Source: Polyangiaceae bacterium
GTDB lineage: Bacteria; Myxococcota_A; Polyangia; Polyangiales; Polyangiaceae
Direction of reading: 5' to 3'
Assembly (NCBI GenBank): GCA_044222475.1
Contig: JBGANF010000181.1
Coordinates: forward strand, 1 to 13,755
Length of the DNA stretch: 13,755 nt
In this document: positions 1-7,430 of the stretch, in pieces
How the letters are laid out: every line of letters begins with the position of its first letter
Numbering within the stretch: the first letter of the stretch is position 1
Translations under genes and position numbers: made by a program
Notes under the pieces: generated by a model
The model's database searches: none
What the model saw: only the letters and a program-made list of their open reading frames with translations
Told to the model about the DNA's origin: nothing

Positions 1-668
1 TCAAGCAGTACCTGCCGAGCTTCCTGGAGGACACGTTCCGCTCCTGGGCCGAGGCCGAGTCCAAGGAGATCGCCGGCCAGCTCGAGACGCTGACCGAGCG
101 CACGATCGCCCTCGTCCGCGACGACGCGCACGACGCGACCGGCCGCGTGGCCGCCGCGCTCGGTGGCGACGTGAAGCGCCTCGAGGTCCAGGTCGACACG
201 TTCTCGTACGACATCGGCGTGACCGCGCTCTTTGCGATCGGCCTCGGGACGCTGTTCGTCAACGCGATGCTCGGAGGCGTCTTGCTCGTGGCCGCGCCGG
301 TCGCGGCCTACATGCTCAAAGGGCGCATCGACGGCGAGTACAAGAAGCGCGCGAAGGAGATCGCGCCCGACGTGGTGCGCCAAGTCGCCGAGAAGGTCGG
401 CCCGAAGATCGACGAGATCATCGACGACTTCGCGCAGAAGCTCGACGCCTGGGTCGTCACCGCGAGCGAGGAGCTCTACCGCGAGGTCCTCGAGGTTCTC
501 CGCGCCGCGCAGACCGAGCGCGAGGCGGGGACGAAGGACGAAGAGACGCTGAAGAAGGACGTCGACGGCTTCGCCGAGAAGGTCGAAGGGACCGCGAAGC
601 GTCTCCAGGAAATGCGCGACAGCCTCTGGAAAAAAGAAGAGCGGCTCCGCGTGGCGCTCGAGGCCTGA
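1..668 (+). CDS. 5'-truncated CDS, probably the C-terminal part of a bacterial dynamin-like protein (hydrophobic paddle plus helical stalk)
   Basis: The frame is open from position 3 (KQYLPSFLEDTFRSWAEAESKEIAGQLETLTERTIALVRDD...) into ORF 147..668. A hydrophobic Gly-rich hairpin (IGVTALFAIGLGTLFVNAMLGGVLLVAAPVAAYML) is flanked by amphipathic/coiled-coil helices. The GTPase domain would lie outside the window, so the call rests on architecture only. Confidence 0.55.
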   Translation, partial: KQYLPSFLEDTFRSWAEAESKEIAGQLETLTERTIALVRDDAHDATGRVAAALGGDVKRLEVQVDTFSYDIGVTALFAIGLGTLFVNAMLGGVLLVAAPVAAYMLKGRIDGEYKKRAKEIAPDVVRQVAEKVGPKIDEIIDDFAQKLDAWVVTASEELYREVLEVLRAAQTEREAGTKDEETLKKDVDGFAEKVEGTAKRLQEMRDSLWKKEERLRVALEA

Positions 669-703
669 CCGCTTGACTCGCCCAACTCTCCCAGAGAGAG
701 AGA

Positions 704-824
704 GAACAGGAAGGGCGGAAGGACGGAAGGATTTGGATGGGGGGTTTTGCCGCCAGCGTCATCGCGATGAGCTGGCCATGGGCGAAAGCCCCAAATTCCT
801 TCCGCTCTTCCGCCCTTCCTGTTC
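704..824. repeat. ~121-bp imperfect palindrome (REP/MITE-like element) between convergent genes
   Basis: Left arm GAACAGGAAGGGCGGAAGGACGGAAGGATTTGG (from 704) pairs with right arm CCAAATTCCTTCCGCTCTTCCGCCCTTCCTGTTC (to 824). The centre is the perfect palindrome TCATCGCGATGA (759-770), flanked by GCCAGC/GCTGGC. Confidence 0.85.
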
Positions 825-841
825 ATCCTCTTGGAGTGACC

Positions 842-1792
842 TTAGGTCCCGGTGAGATCGCGGAAGCCGGCTTCTCCCATCGCTTCGAGCGCCGCCAGGC
901 GGCCGGTGAATCTTCGGTAGTCTTTTTGCGCGATGGCCGCTCCGGCTCGCATCGCGTAGTCGGTGATTCGCGTGATGGTGAACCGTAGCGCGGCCGCGCG
1001 GGCCTCGTGGAAGAGCGCTGCCCGCTCCCGGTCGACCAGGGGTCGCACGTCCTGGTAGCCGGCTAACAATCCGCGGACGAGGTCCGGGACGAAGGCATCG
1101 CCGTAGCCGAACGCCAGCGCCGTCACCGCGAGGTCGTAGACAAGCGGTCCGTCCGAGGCGCTCTCGAAGTCGAGCAGCGCCGCGATCCGGTCCCCGTCCC
1201 AGAGCACGTTGTCGCGAAACACGTCGCCGTGGACGAGACCACGAGGCACGGCCGGGTCTCGGCGCGACCACGCCTCCTCGAGCTTCGCCCGCAGCGGCCC
1301 GGCCAGCGCGCCGTGAGCGGGATCCTGCGCGATGCGATCGAGCCGCGCGCGGAGCTCCTCGACGCCGAACCGCGACGGCCACAGCGACGGCGGCGTGAGC
1401 CGATGGATCCGCGCGAGGACTTCGCCGACGGCCTCCATCCGGGCGACGGAGAGCCCCCGCTGGCAGCTCATCTCGCCGGCCACGAAGGGGAACACCGCCG
1501 ATGGCTTGCCGGCTAACGATCCGACGAAGGAGCCGTCGAGCCGCGCGCGGGGCGCGGGCGTCGCGATGCCCTGAGCCGCCAACCACGCGACCAAATCGGT
1601 CTCGCGTCGCGCGCCCTCCGCCGTTTGCTCTTCGTAGAGGCGAAGGAAGACGCGTTCGCCGTCGATTTCGACCACGAAGTTACTGTTGACACTTCCACGC
1701 TCAACGCCATGATATGACGTGTATTTCTTGATGCCGTACTCGGTGAGAAACGACGCGAGGTCCGCAGGCCCGATGGGCGTCAGGATCGCCAT
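842..1792 (-). CDS. thrB: Homoserine kinase type II (APH/phosphotransferase fold)
   Basis: 316 aa. N-terminus MAILTP...FLTEYGI...GSVNSNF, then LRLYE, catalytic HGDVFRDNVL, LLDFESA and RAAALRF..TRITD, matching Pseudomonas-type ThrB. Confidence 0.88.
   Translation of the reverse strand: MAILTPIGPADLASFLTEYGIKKYTSYHGVERGSVNSNFVVEIDGERVFLRLYEEQTAEGARRETDLVAWLAAQGIATPAPRARLDGSFVGSLAGKPSAVFPFVAGEMSCQRGLSVARMEAVGEVLARIHRLTPPSLWPSRFGVEELRARLDRIAQDPAHGALAGPLRAKLEEAWSRRDPAVPRGLVHGDVFRDNVLWDGDRIAALLDFESASDGPLVYDLAVTALAFGYGDAFVPDLVRGLLAGYQDVRPLVDRERAALFHEARAAALRFTITRITDYAMRAGAAIAQKDYRRFTGRLAALEAMGEAGFRDLTGT
1686..1713 (+). promoter_or_regulatory. Candidate sigma70-type promoter inside thrB (antisense), pointing at the divergent gene 1914..2588
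   Basis: Perfect TTGACA (1686-1691), 16-nt spacer, CATGAT (1708-1713), inside an AT-rich patch. Confidence 0.4.
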
Positions 1793-1913
1793 GGCGAACG
1801 CGCAGGATCGGCCTGCGCGCGCCCTGGGTCAATGTCTGCACACGTCGGGATTTGTAGACGGATCACGGCGTTGTCTGGTAAACGCCCCCGATAGACGCTG
1901 AGGGCGGGCTAAA

Positions 1914-2588
1914 ATGGCGACGAAACAGCAAAAGTCCAAGGGAAAGCCGGCGCCGAAAGCGGCAGGAAAAGCTGGTAGCGGCAAGAACAAGGCCTCGGGA
2001 AAGGCCACTCCGGCAGCAGCAGCAGCGGATCCGAAGGGCGCGAAGCGCAAGCTCGGCCTCCGCGGCGCTGCGCCGTGGGCTGCACGCCACGCGGCGAAGC
2101 ACGCCGCCGAGGCGCGTGCCAGGGCGGCCGAGCCGCCGCTTCCGGGCAGCGCACGCGCGACCATCCGCACGCCCCGAGGCGCCGAAGACATCAAGGCGAA
2201 GATCGGCGAGCTCCACAACTCGCTCGCGCAGATCAAAGGCCTCCGCAAGAACCTCCACAAGACGTTCTTCGACATCGGCAACATCCTCCGCGACGTCCAG
2301 GCCCGGCGCATCTACGAGGCCAAGGGCTACGGCACCTTCGAGGCCTTCCTCGAGCGCGAGATCGACCTCGGCAAGACGACGGGCCTGCGCCTCGTTCGCA
2401 TGACCCAGATCTTCCTCCGCGACGCCGCGCTCGAGTTCGGGATGGAGCGCCTCATCAACGCCATCCTCGCGCTCGAAGGCGTTCCCGAGGCTCCCGGCTC
2501 GACGATGAAGCTCGAGTCGACGACGAAGCTGCCCCCGGCGCCCGTCTCGACCCCGATGCTCCCGCTCAAGCCGCCCGGACGGATGTAG
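1914..2588 (+). CDS. Hypothetical protein: Lys/Ala-rich basic N-terminal tail, coiled coil, and putative helical DNA-binding domain (IG..L..V....Y...GY..FE.FL motif)
   Basis: 224 aa with typical GC3-rich codons in the core. Low-complexity KGKPAPKAAGKAGSGKNKASGK start, then DIGNILRDVQARRIYEAKGYGTFEAFLEREIDLGKTTGLRLVR, and a Pro-rich C-terminus. Confidence 0.7.
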   Translation: MATKQQKSKGKPAPKAAGKAGSGKNKASGKATPAAAAADPKGAKRKLGLRGAAPWAARHAAKHAAEARARAAEPPLPGSARATIRTPRGAEDIKAKIGELHNSLAQIKGLRKNLHKTFFDIGNILRDVQARRIYEAKGYGTFEAFLEREIDLGKTTGLRLVRMTQIFLRDAALEFGMERLINAILALEGVPEAPGSTMKLESTTKLPPAPVSTPMLPLKPPGRM

Positions 2589-2600
2589 GAGTCACACGGG

Positions 2601-4106
2601 CTACGCCGAGCGCCTCGCGCTCGGCACGGTGACGACGACGCGGGTCCCCTTCCCGCGACCGCTCTCGATCCGCACGTCACCACCGTGCTGGTCGACGATC
2701 TTGCGCACGATCGACAAGCCGAGGCCCGTCCCGGCCTCCTTCGTCGTGAAGAACGGATCGAAGATCTGCCCGAGGACCTCGTCCGGGATCCCCGGTCCAC
2801 TGTCCTCGATCGTCAGCTCCACCGCGTCGCCCTTCTCGGCCCCGCGGATCGTGAGCCGCCCGCCGTCGCGCATGGCTTCGAGCGCGTTCACGACCAGGTT
2901 CAGCACCACCTGCTTGAGCTTCTCGACGTCGCCGATGGCGGCCGTGTCCGGCTCGAGATCCAGCTCGATGCGCACGCCCCGCGACTCGGCGGCCGCGCGC
3001 TCGAGGGTGAGCACGCCTTCGACGAGATCGGCCAGCGGCACCGGCGCCCGCGTGATCCCGCGCGGCCGCGCGAGCTCGAGAAACTCGGTCAGGAGGCGGT
3101 TGAGACGCTCGATCTCGTCGCCGACGATCGCGGCGCGGCGGTCGAGCGCGGCCTTCGACTCGGCGGCGACCGCGAGCTTCCCGACGTCGCGGCCGAGCAG
3201 GATGAGCTGGAGCTTTGCCGCGTTGAGCGGGTTGCGGATCTCGTGCGCGAGGTTCAGGGCGAGCGCGCCCATCGCGCTGATCGCCTCCGCGTCGGCGGCG
3301 CGCTTCTCGAGCGCGCGGCGCTCGGTGATGTCGATGCCGATGCCGTAGACGAGCGGGCTCTCGCCTTCGCGGCCGGCGGACAGGTGCCACCGAACGCGGC
3401 GCGGGGCGGCGCCGCGCACCGCGAAGCCGGTCTCGGTGTCGCGCGGGAGCACGCGCTCGCCGGAGCGGACCTGGGCGAGCGCCTCGCGCATGCGCCCGCG
3501 GCCCTCGTCGGTGAGGAACGTGTCGAGAAAATCCGCGCCGAGCGCGTCCTCGGTGCTGACGCCCGAGGTCTGGGCCGCCTTGCGGTTGAACAGGACGACT
3601 TTGTCGTCGAGGTCGACGGCGACGACCATGACGTCGGTGAGCTCGACGACTGCGCGGTACCGCCGCTCGAGCTCCTCGCGCTCGCGCTCGAGGCGGACCT
3701 TGCCGAGCGCTTGGCGAACCGTCGTGACGAGCTCCTCGGGCCGGAACGACTTGAGGATCATCGCGTACGCGCCGGACCGCATCGCAGCGAGCGCCGCGTC
3801 GACGCTGCCGAAGCCGGTGATGAGGACGACCTCGCTGCCGGGAGCGGCGCGCTTCAGCGGGGCGATGAGGTCGACGCCGCTGCCGTCGGGGAGCTTCACG
3901 TCGACGAGGGCGACGTCGAAGCGCTGGTGAGCGGCGAAGTCGAGTGCTTCGGCGCCCCGCGCGGCCACCGTGACCACGAGCGGCTCCTCCGCGTCGGTGC
4001 GGGCCGCGAGGAGCACGTCGCGCAGCGAGCCGGCGAGCTCGGCGTTGTCGTCGACGATGAGGACTCGACCGCCGACGGCGTCGGGCTGAGGGCGGCTCGA
4101 TTTCAT
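2601..4106 (-). CDS. Cytoplasmic hybrid sensor histidine kinase (REC-PAS-HisKA-HATPase_c)
   Basis: Receiver motifs VLIVDDN, LVDVKLPDGSG, LITGFG. PAS-like VVLFNRKAAQTSG...GIDITERR. H-box LAHEIRNPL, N-box QVVLNLVVNALEAM, G1 IEDSGPGI, F/G2 FDPFFTTKEAGTGLGL. No transmembrane segment. Confidence 0.95.
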   Translation of the reverse strand: MKSSRPQPDAVGGRVLIVDDNAELAGSLRDVLLAARTDAEEPLVVTVAARGAEALDFAAHQRFDVALVDVKLPDGSGVDLIAPLKRAAPGSEVVLITGFGSVDAALAAMRSGAYAMILKSFRPEELVTTVRQALGKVRLEREREELERRYRAVVELTDVMVVAVDLDDKVVLFNRKAAQTSGVSTEDALGADFLDTFLTDEGRGRMREALAQVRSGERVLPRDTETGFAVRGAAPRRVRWHLSAGREGESPLVYGIGIDITERRALEKRAADAEAISAMGALALNLAHEIRNPLNAAKLQLILLGRDVGKLAVAAESKAALDRRAAIVGDEIERLNRLLTEFLELARPRGITRAPVPLADLVEGVLTLERAAAESRGVRIELDLEPDTAAIGDVEKLKQVVLNLVVNALEAMRDGGRLTIRGAEKGDAVELTIEDSGPGIPDEVLGQIFDPFFTTKEAGTGLGLSIVRKIVDQHGGDVRIESGRGKGTRVVVTVPSARRSA

Positions 4107-5551
4107 GAGGGCTCACCGAGCCCGAGCACGCGGCGCAGCACGTCGTTTACCACTTTGGGATTGGCGCTGCCCTTGGTCTCCTTCATCACCGCGCCGATGA
4201 AGAACCCGAGGATGCCGAGCTTGCCCGCCTTGAGCTGCGCGGCCTGCGAGGGGTTCGCGTCCACGACGCGGCGCACGATCGCCTCGATCGCGGCCTCGTC
4301 GCTCACCTGCGTCATCCCTTTGGCGCGCACCACCTCGGCCGGGTCGCGGTCGGTGCCCTTGATCTCGGCGTAGATCTCCTTCACCTGCTTCCCGCTGATG
4401 GCGCCGGTCGCCGCGAGACGAAGCAGAGACGCGACCTGCGGCGGACGGATCGGGAACGTCGCCGAGAGCCCGGTCGTCGTCACGTCGCGGAGGACCTCGC
4501 TCTGGACGAAGTTGGCGACGCGCACCGGATCTCCGAGGAGGAGCGCCGCTTCCTCGACGAACGCCGCCGTCCGCGGGTGCTGGGTGAGCACGTCGGCCGC
4601 GGCCGCGGTGAGCCCGAGCTCGCTCACGAACCGAGCGCGCTTCGCGGCCGGGAGCTCGGGCATCTCGCGCTCGATCCGACGAGCGACCGCGTCGTCCACG
4701 ACGAGCGGCGGAAGATCGGGATCGGGGAAGTACCGGTAGTCCTGGGCGGTCTCTTTCGTCCGCATCGAGAAGGTCGCGCCGCGCTCCTCGTCCCAACCGC
4801 GCGTCTCCTGCACGACGCGGCCGCCGCCCTCGAGCACGGTCTGCTGGCGCGCGATCTCGTGCTCGATCGCCTTCTGCACGAACCGGAACGAGTTGATGTT
4901 CTTGAGCTCGACGCGGGTGCCCAGCTTCGGGTCGCCGCTCCGCCGGATCGACACGTTCGCATCGCACCGGAACGAGCCCTCCTCGAGGTTCCCGTCGTTG
5001 ACGCCCAAGAACACGAGGATCTCGCGCAGGGCGCGGAGGTAGTCCGCCGCTTCGGCGCCGCTCCGGAGCTCGGGCTCGCCGACGATCTCGACGAGCGGGA
5101 CGCCCGCGCGGTTGAGATCGACGATGGAGTCACCACCGCGGTCGTGGAAGCTCTTCCCGGCGTCCTCCTCCATGTGGATGCGGGTCAGGCGCACTACCCG
5201 GTCCGGCCCGATCGCCAGCTCGCCTCCGAGGCAGAGCGGCTCGTCCCACTGGCTGATCTGATAGCCCTTCGGCAGGTCGGGGTAGAAGTAGTTCTTCCGC
5301 GCGAAGCGGCTCCGCGGCTCGATGCGGCACCCGAGCGCCATCCCGACCCGTACCGCGAGCTCGACCGCCTTCGCGTTCAGCACCGGGAGCGCTCCAGGGA
5401 GCGCGAGGCAGGTCGGGCAGACGTGGGTGTTCGGGGGCTCGCCGAACGTCACACGACACCCGCAGAAGAGCTTCGTCTCGGTGAGGAGCTGGGCATGGAC
5501 CTCGAGCCCGATCACGGCTTGCCAAGGCTGCGGCTCGACGGCGGTCGACAT
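4103..5551 (-). CDS. gatB: Asp-tRNA(Asn)/Glu-tRNA(Gln) amidotransferase subunit B
   Basis: VIGLEVHAQL..TKLFC, RKNYFYPDLPKGYQISQ, IHMEEDAGKS, DLNRAGVPLVEIV, FRCDANVSIR, ELKNINSFRF, DYRYFPDPDLPP, and a C-terminal YqeY-like FFIGAVMKETKGSANP. Confidence 0.98.
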   Translation of the reverse strand: MSTAVEPQPWQAVIGLEVHAQLLTETKLFCGCRVTFGEPPNTHVCPTCLALPGALPVLNAKAVELAVRVGMALGCRIEPRSRFARKNYFYPDLPKGYQISQWDEPLCLGGELAIGPDRVVRLTRIHMEEDAGKSFHDRGGDSIVDLNRAGVPLVEIVGEPELRSGAEAADYLRALREILVFLGVNDGNLEEGSFRCDANVSIRRSGDPKLGTRVELKNINSFRFVQKAIEHEIARQQTVLEGGGRVVQETRGWDEERGATFSMRTKETAQDYRYFPDPDLPPLVVDDAVARRIEREMPELPAAKRARFVSELGLTAAAADVLTQHPRTAAFVEEAALLLGDPVRVANFVQSEVLRDVTTTGLSATFPIRPPQVASLLRLAATGAISGKQVKEIYAEIKGTDRDPAEVVRAKGMTQVSDEAAIEAIVRRVVDANPSQAAQLKAGKLGILGFFIGAVMKETKGSANPKVVNDVLRRVLGLGEPS

Positions 5552-5610
5552 CCAGGGGCGGTTCTACCACCGAAAAGTGGTTCCGGCGCCGGTCGGCGCG
5601 TTAGGTTGCG

Positions 5611-5943
5611 GTGGCCTTGACCGAGCGCTCCGATCCGTTCCACCTCCGGCTGTTCGTCGAGCGCGCGCTCCCGCTCGGCATCCTCGCGGTCGCCGCGATC
5701 TCGGTGCCGGTGATGGTGCTCGAGCCCTCCGGCCTCCCCCGCATGCGGAGCCTGGATCAGGAGCTGAAGACCGTTCGCGAAGAGAACAAGACCTCCGAGC
5801 GCGAGATCGGCGAGCTCCGGAACGAGGTCCAGTCCCTCCGCGACGACCCGAACGCGGTGGAGCGCATCGCGCGGGACCAGCTCGGCATGGTGCGCAAGAG
5901 CGAGATCGTCTTTCAGTTTCCGCGAAAAAGCCAAGACCCGTAG
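5611..5943 (+). CDS. ftsB: Septum formation initiator FtsB/DivIC family protein
   Basis: 110 aa: one N-terminal TM helix, then SGL, a coiled coil and the signature LRDDPNAVERIARDQLGMVRKSEIVF. Exact start uncertain. Confidence 0.85.
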   Translation: MALTERSDPFHLRLFVERALPLGILAVAAISVPVMVLEPSGLPRMRSLDQELKTVREENKTSEREIGELRNEVQSLRDDPNAVERIARDQLGMVRKSEIVFQFPRKSQDP

Positions 5944-5951
5944 GGGACTCT

Positions 5952-6114
5952 CTCTCCCGTAAACGTGCCCGTGCCCGTGCCCGATCGACCACGCTGACCG
6001 ACTCGCGAATGGCAGGACGCGGGCACTTCTCGATTCGGCAGGCGCCTCGATCGCGAGGTTGGCAGCGCCGTTCTTCGGGCACGTTCACGTTCACGTTCAC
6101 GTTTACGTGGAGAG
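5952..6114. repeat. Intergenic element with inverted arms built from hexamer tandem repeats
   Basis: Left arm CTCTCCCGTAAACGTGCCCGTGCCCGTGCCCGA (5952-5984); right arm TCGGGCACGTTCACGTTCACGTTCACGTTTACGTGGAGAG (6075-6114), whose reverse complement is CTCTCCACGTAAACGTGAACGTGAACGTGAACGTGCCCGA. Confidence 0.8.
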
Positions 6115-6172
6115 CGCGCTTGGCGGAATTTGAGGACGCGCCGTGGCCAGGGATTCGGTATCGTCCAGGGTC

Positions 6173-7405
6173 GTGTCGGTAGAGCTCGGCAAGAACCTCC
6201 TCCTCGGGGACGCGATCCAGCAGGCCGCGCTCGGCCGCGCGCTCCTCGCGGCGGTGCAAGGCGGGCGCTCGCTCGTCGCGGTCCTGGTCGAGGGCGGCTA
6301 CGTCGACGAGGCGCGGCTCGAGGCCGAGCTCTCGCGCGCCGGCGCCGATCCCCTCCCTCGCGTCGAGGTCGATCGCGAGCTCTTCGGGAAGCTCCCCCGC
6401 GGCTTGTGCGAGCGGCTGCTCGTCGTCCCGCTCGGGCGCGACGCGGACGGTGCGGTGCGCGTCGCGCTCGCCGATCCGCGAGACGCGCACCCCGCCGCCG
6501 AGATCGCTCGCGCGCTGCGCAGCGAGGTGAAGGCGTTTCGCGCCCGCCTCGGCTCGATTCGGCAAGCGCTCGCCGAGGCAACTGTGGAGTCGGGTTGGGA
6601 GGACCCCGGTGTCTCGGCGCTCGCCGCTCCGATGTGGATGGAGGCGCCCGATCCGGACCCCGAGCCGCCGAGCTCCTCGAAGCGCCGTGGCACTCCGCTC
6701 TGGGGCACCCCAGTGGCCAACGTGCCGCCACCCGTTCCGCGCCAGAGCGACATCCCCATCCCGCTGACCCGCCGGTCACTCCCTCCGCCGCCCACCGATC
6801 GCGACCCGGAGCCAGTGTTCGCGCTCCAGTCGCGGCGCGCCTCGCAGATCTTCTCGGACGGCGCAGCGCAAGCGGAGCCGGCAGCGACACCCACCAACGG
6901 CGCTCCCGCGAGCATCCGGCCGTCGCGCATCCCCGAGCCCCCCTTCGCCGAGGTCGGCCCGACGCTCGCCGCCCTCGCGGACGCCAAGGATCGCGACGCG
7001 ATCATCGCGCTCCTCTTGTCCGGCAGCCGCGCCGTCGCGCGACGCGTGGGCATCTTCGCCGCCCGCCGAGACGCGTTCGTCGGGTGGACGTGCACCCCCG
7101 AGTTCGGCGACACGAAGGAGTTCCGTAGCGTCCTCGTGCCGACGAACCTGCCGAGCATCCTCGCGAGCGCGGCGACCGGCACCGAGTACCTCGGCCCGGT
7201 CTACCCGAGCGAAGCCCACACGCCGATGCTCGGGTTCATGAAGTCGACGACCCGCGAGATCGCGATCGTCGCGGTGCGCGTGCTCGGATACGCCGCGCTC
7301 GTCATCGTCGCCGACGAGCTCGGTGACTCCGCGCTCTCCACCAAGCGTCTCGCCGAGCTGTGCGCCGCTGGCGGCACGGCGCTGACGAGGCTCCTCCGGC
7401 GGTGA
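6173..7405 (+). CDS. Protein with N-terminal GspE/PilB N-domain (degenerate MshEN + T2SSE_N), Pro-rich linker and C-terminal GAF-like domain; no ATPase
   Basis: ELGKNLL...ALGRAL....[25 protein letters not shown], then [14 protein letters not shown]...[10 protein letters not shown]...EIARAL. Long P/E/S-rich middle region. No Walker A. Start placed at GTG 6173; the ORF track starts at 6143. Confidence 0.7.
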   Translation: MSVELGKNLLLGDAIQQAALGRALLAAVQGGRSLVAVLVEGGYVDEARLEAELSRAGADPLPRVEVDRELFGKLPRGLCERLLVVPLGRDADGAVRVALADPRDAHPAAEIARALRSEVKAFRARLGSIRQALAEATVESGWEDPGVSALAAPMWMEAPDPDPEPPSSSKRRGTPLWGTPVANVPPPVPRQSDIPIPLTRRSLPPPPTDRDPEPVFALQSRRASQIFSDGAAQAEPAATPTNGAPASIRPSRIPEPPFAEVGPTLAALADAKDRDAIIALLLSGSRAVARRVGIFAARRDAFVGWTCTPEFGDTKEFRSVLVPTNLPSILASAATGTEYLGPVYPSEAHTPMLGFMKSTTREIAIVAVRVLGYAALVIVADELGDSALSTKRLAELCAAGGTALTRLLRR

Positions 7406-7430
7406 CGCGTCTGGTACAACGGTGCCGGAC

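Noticed and set aside
842..1792. Aminoglycoside phosphotransferase resistance gene
   Set aside because: The APH fold is shared, but the N-terminal and FRDNVL motifs match type II homoserine kinase.
5952..6114. CRISPR array
   Set aside because: Only 6-nt tandem units, with no 23-47-nt repeats separated by unique spacers and no cas genes.
6173..7405. GspE/PilB secretion ATPase
   Set aside because: No Walker A/B or ATPase domain, and no adjacent T2SS/T4P genes.
7406..7430. Cobalamin riboswitch upstream of the mutase
   Set aside because: The gap is only ~25 nt and no B12-box is visible.
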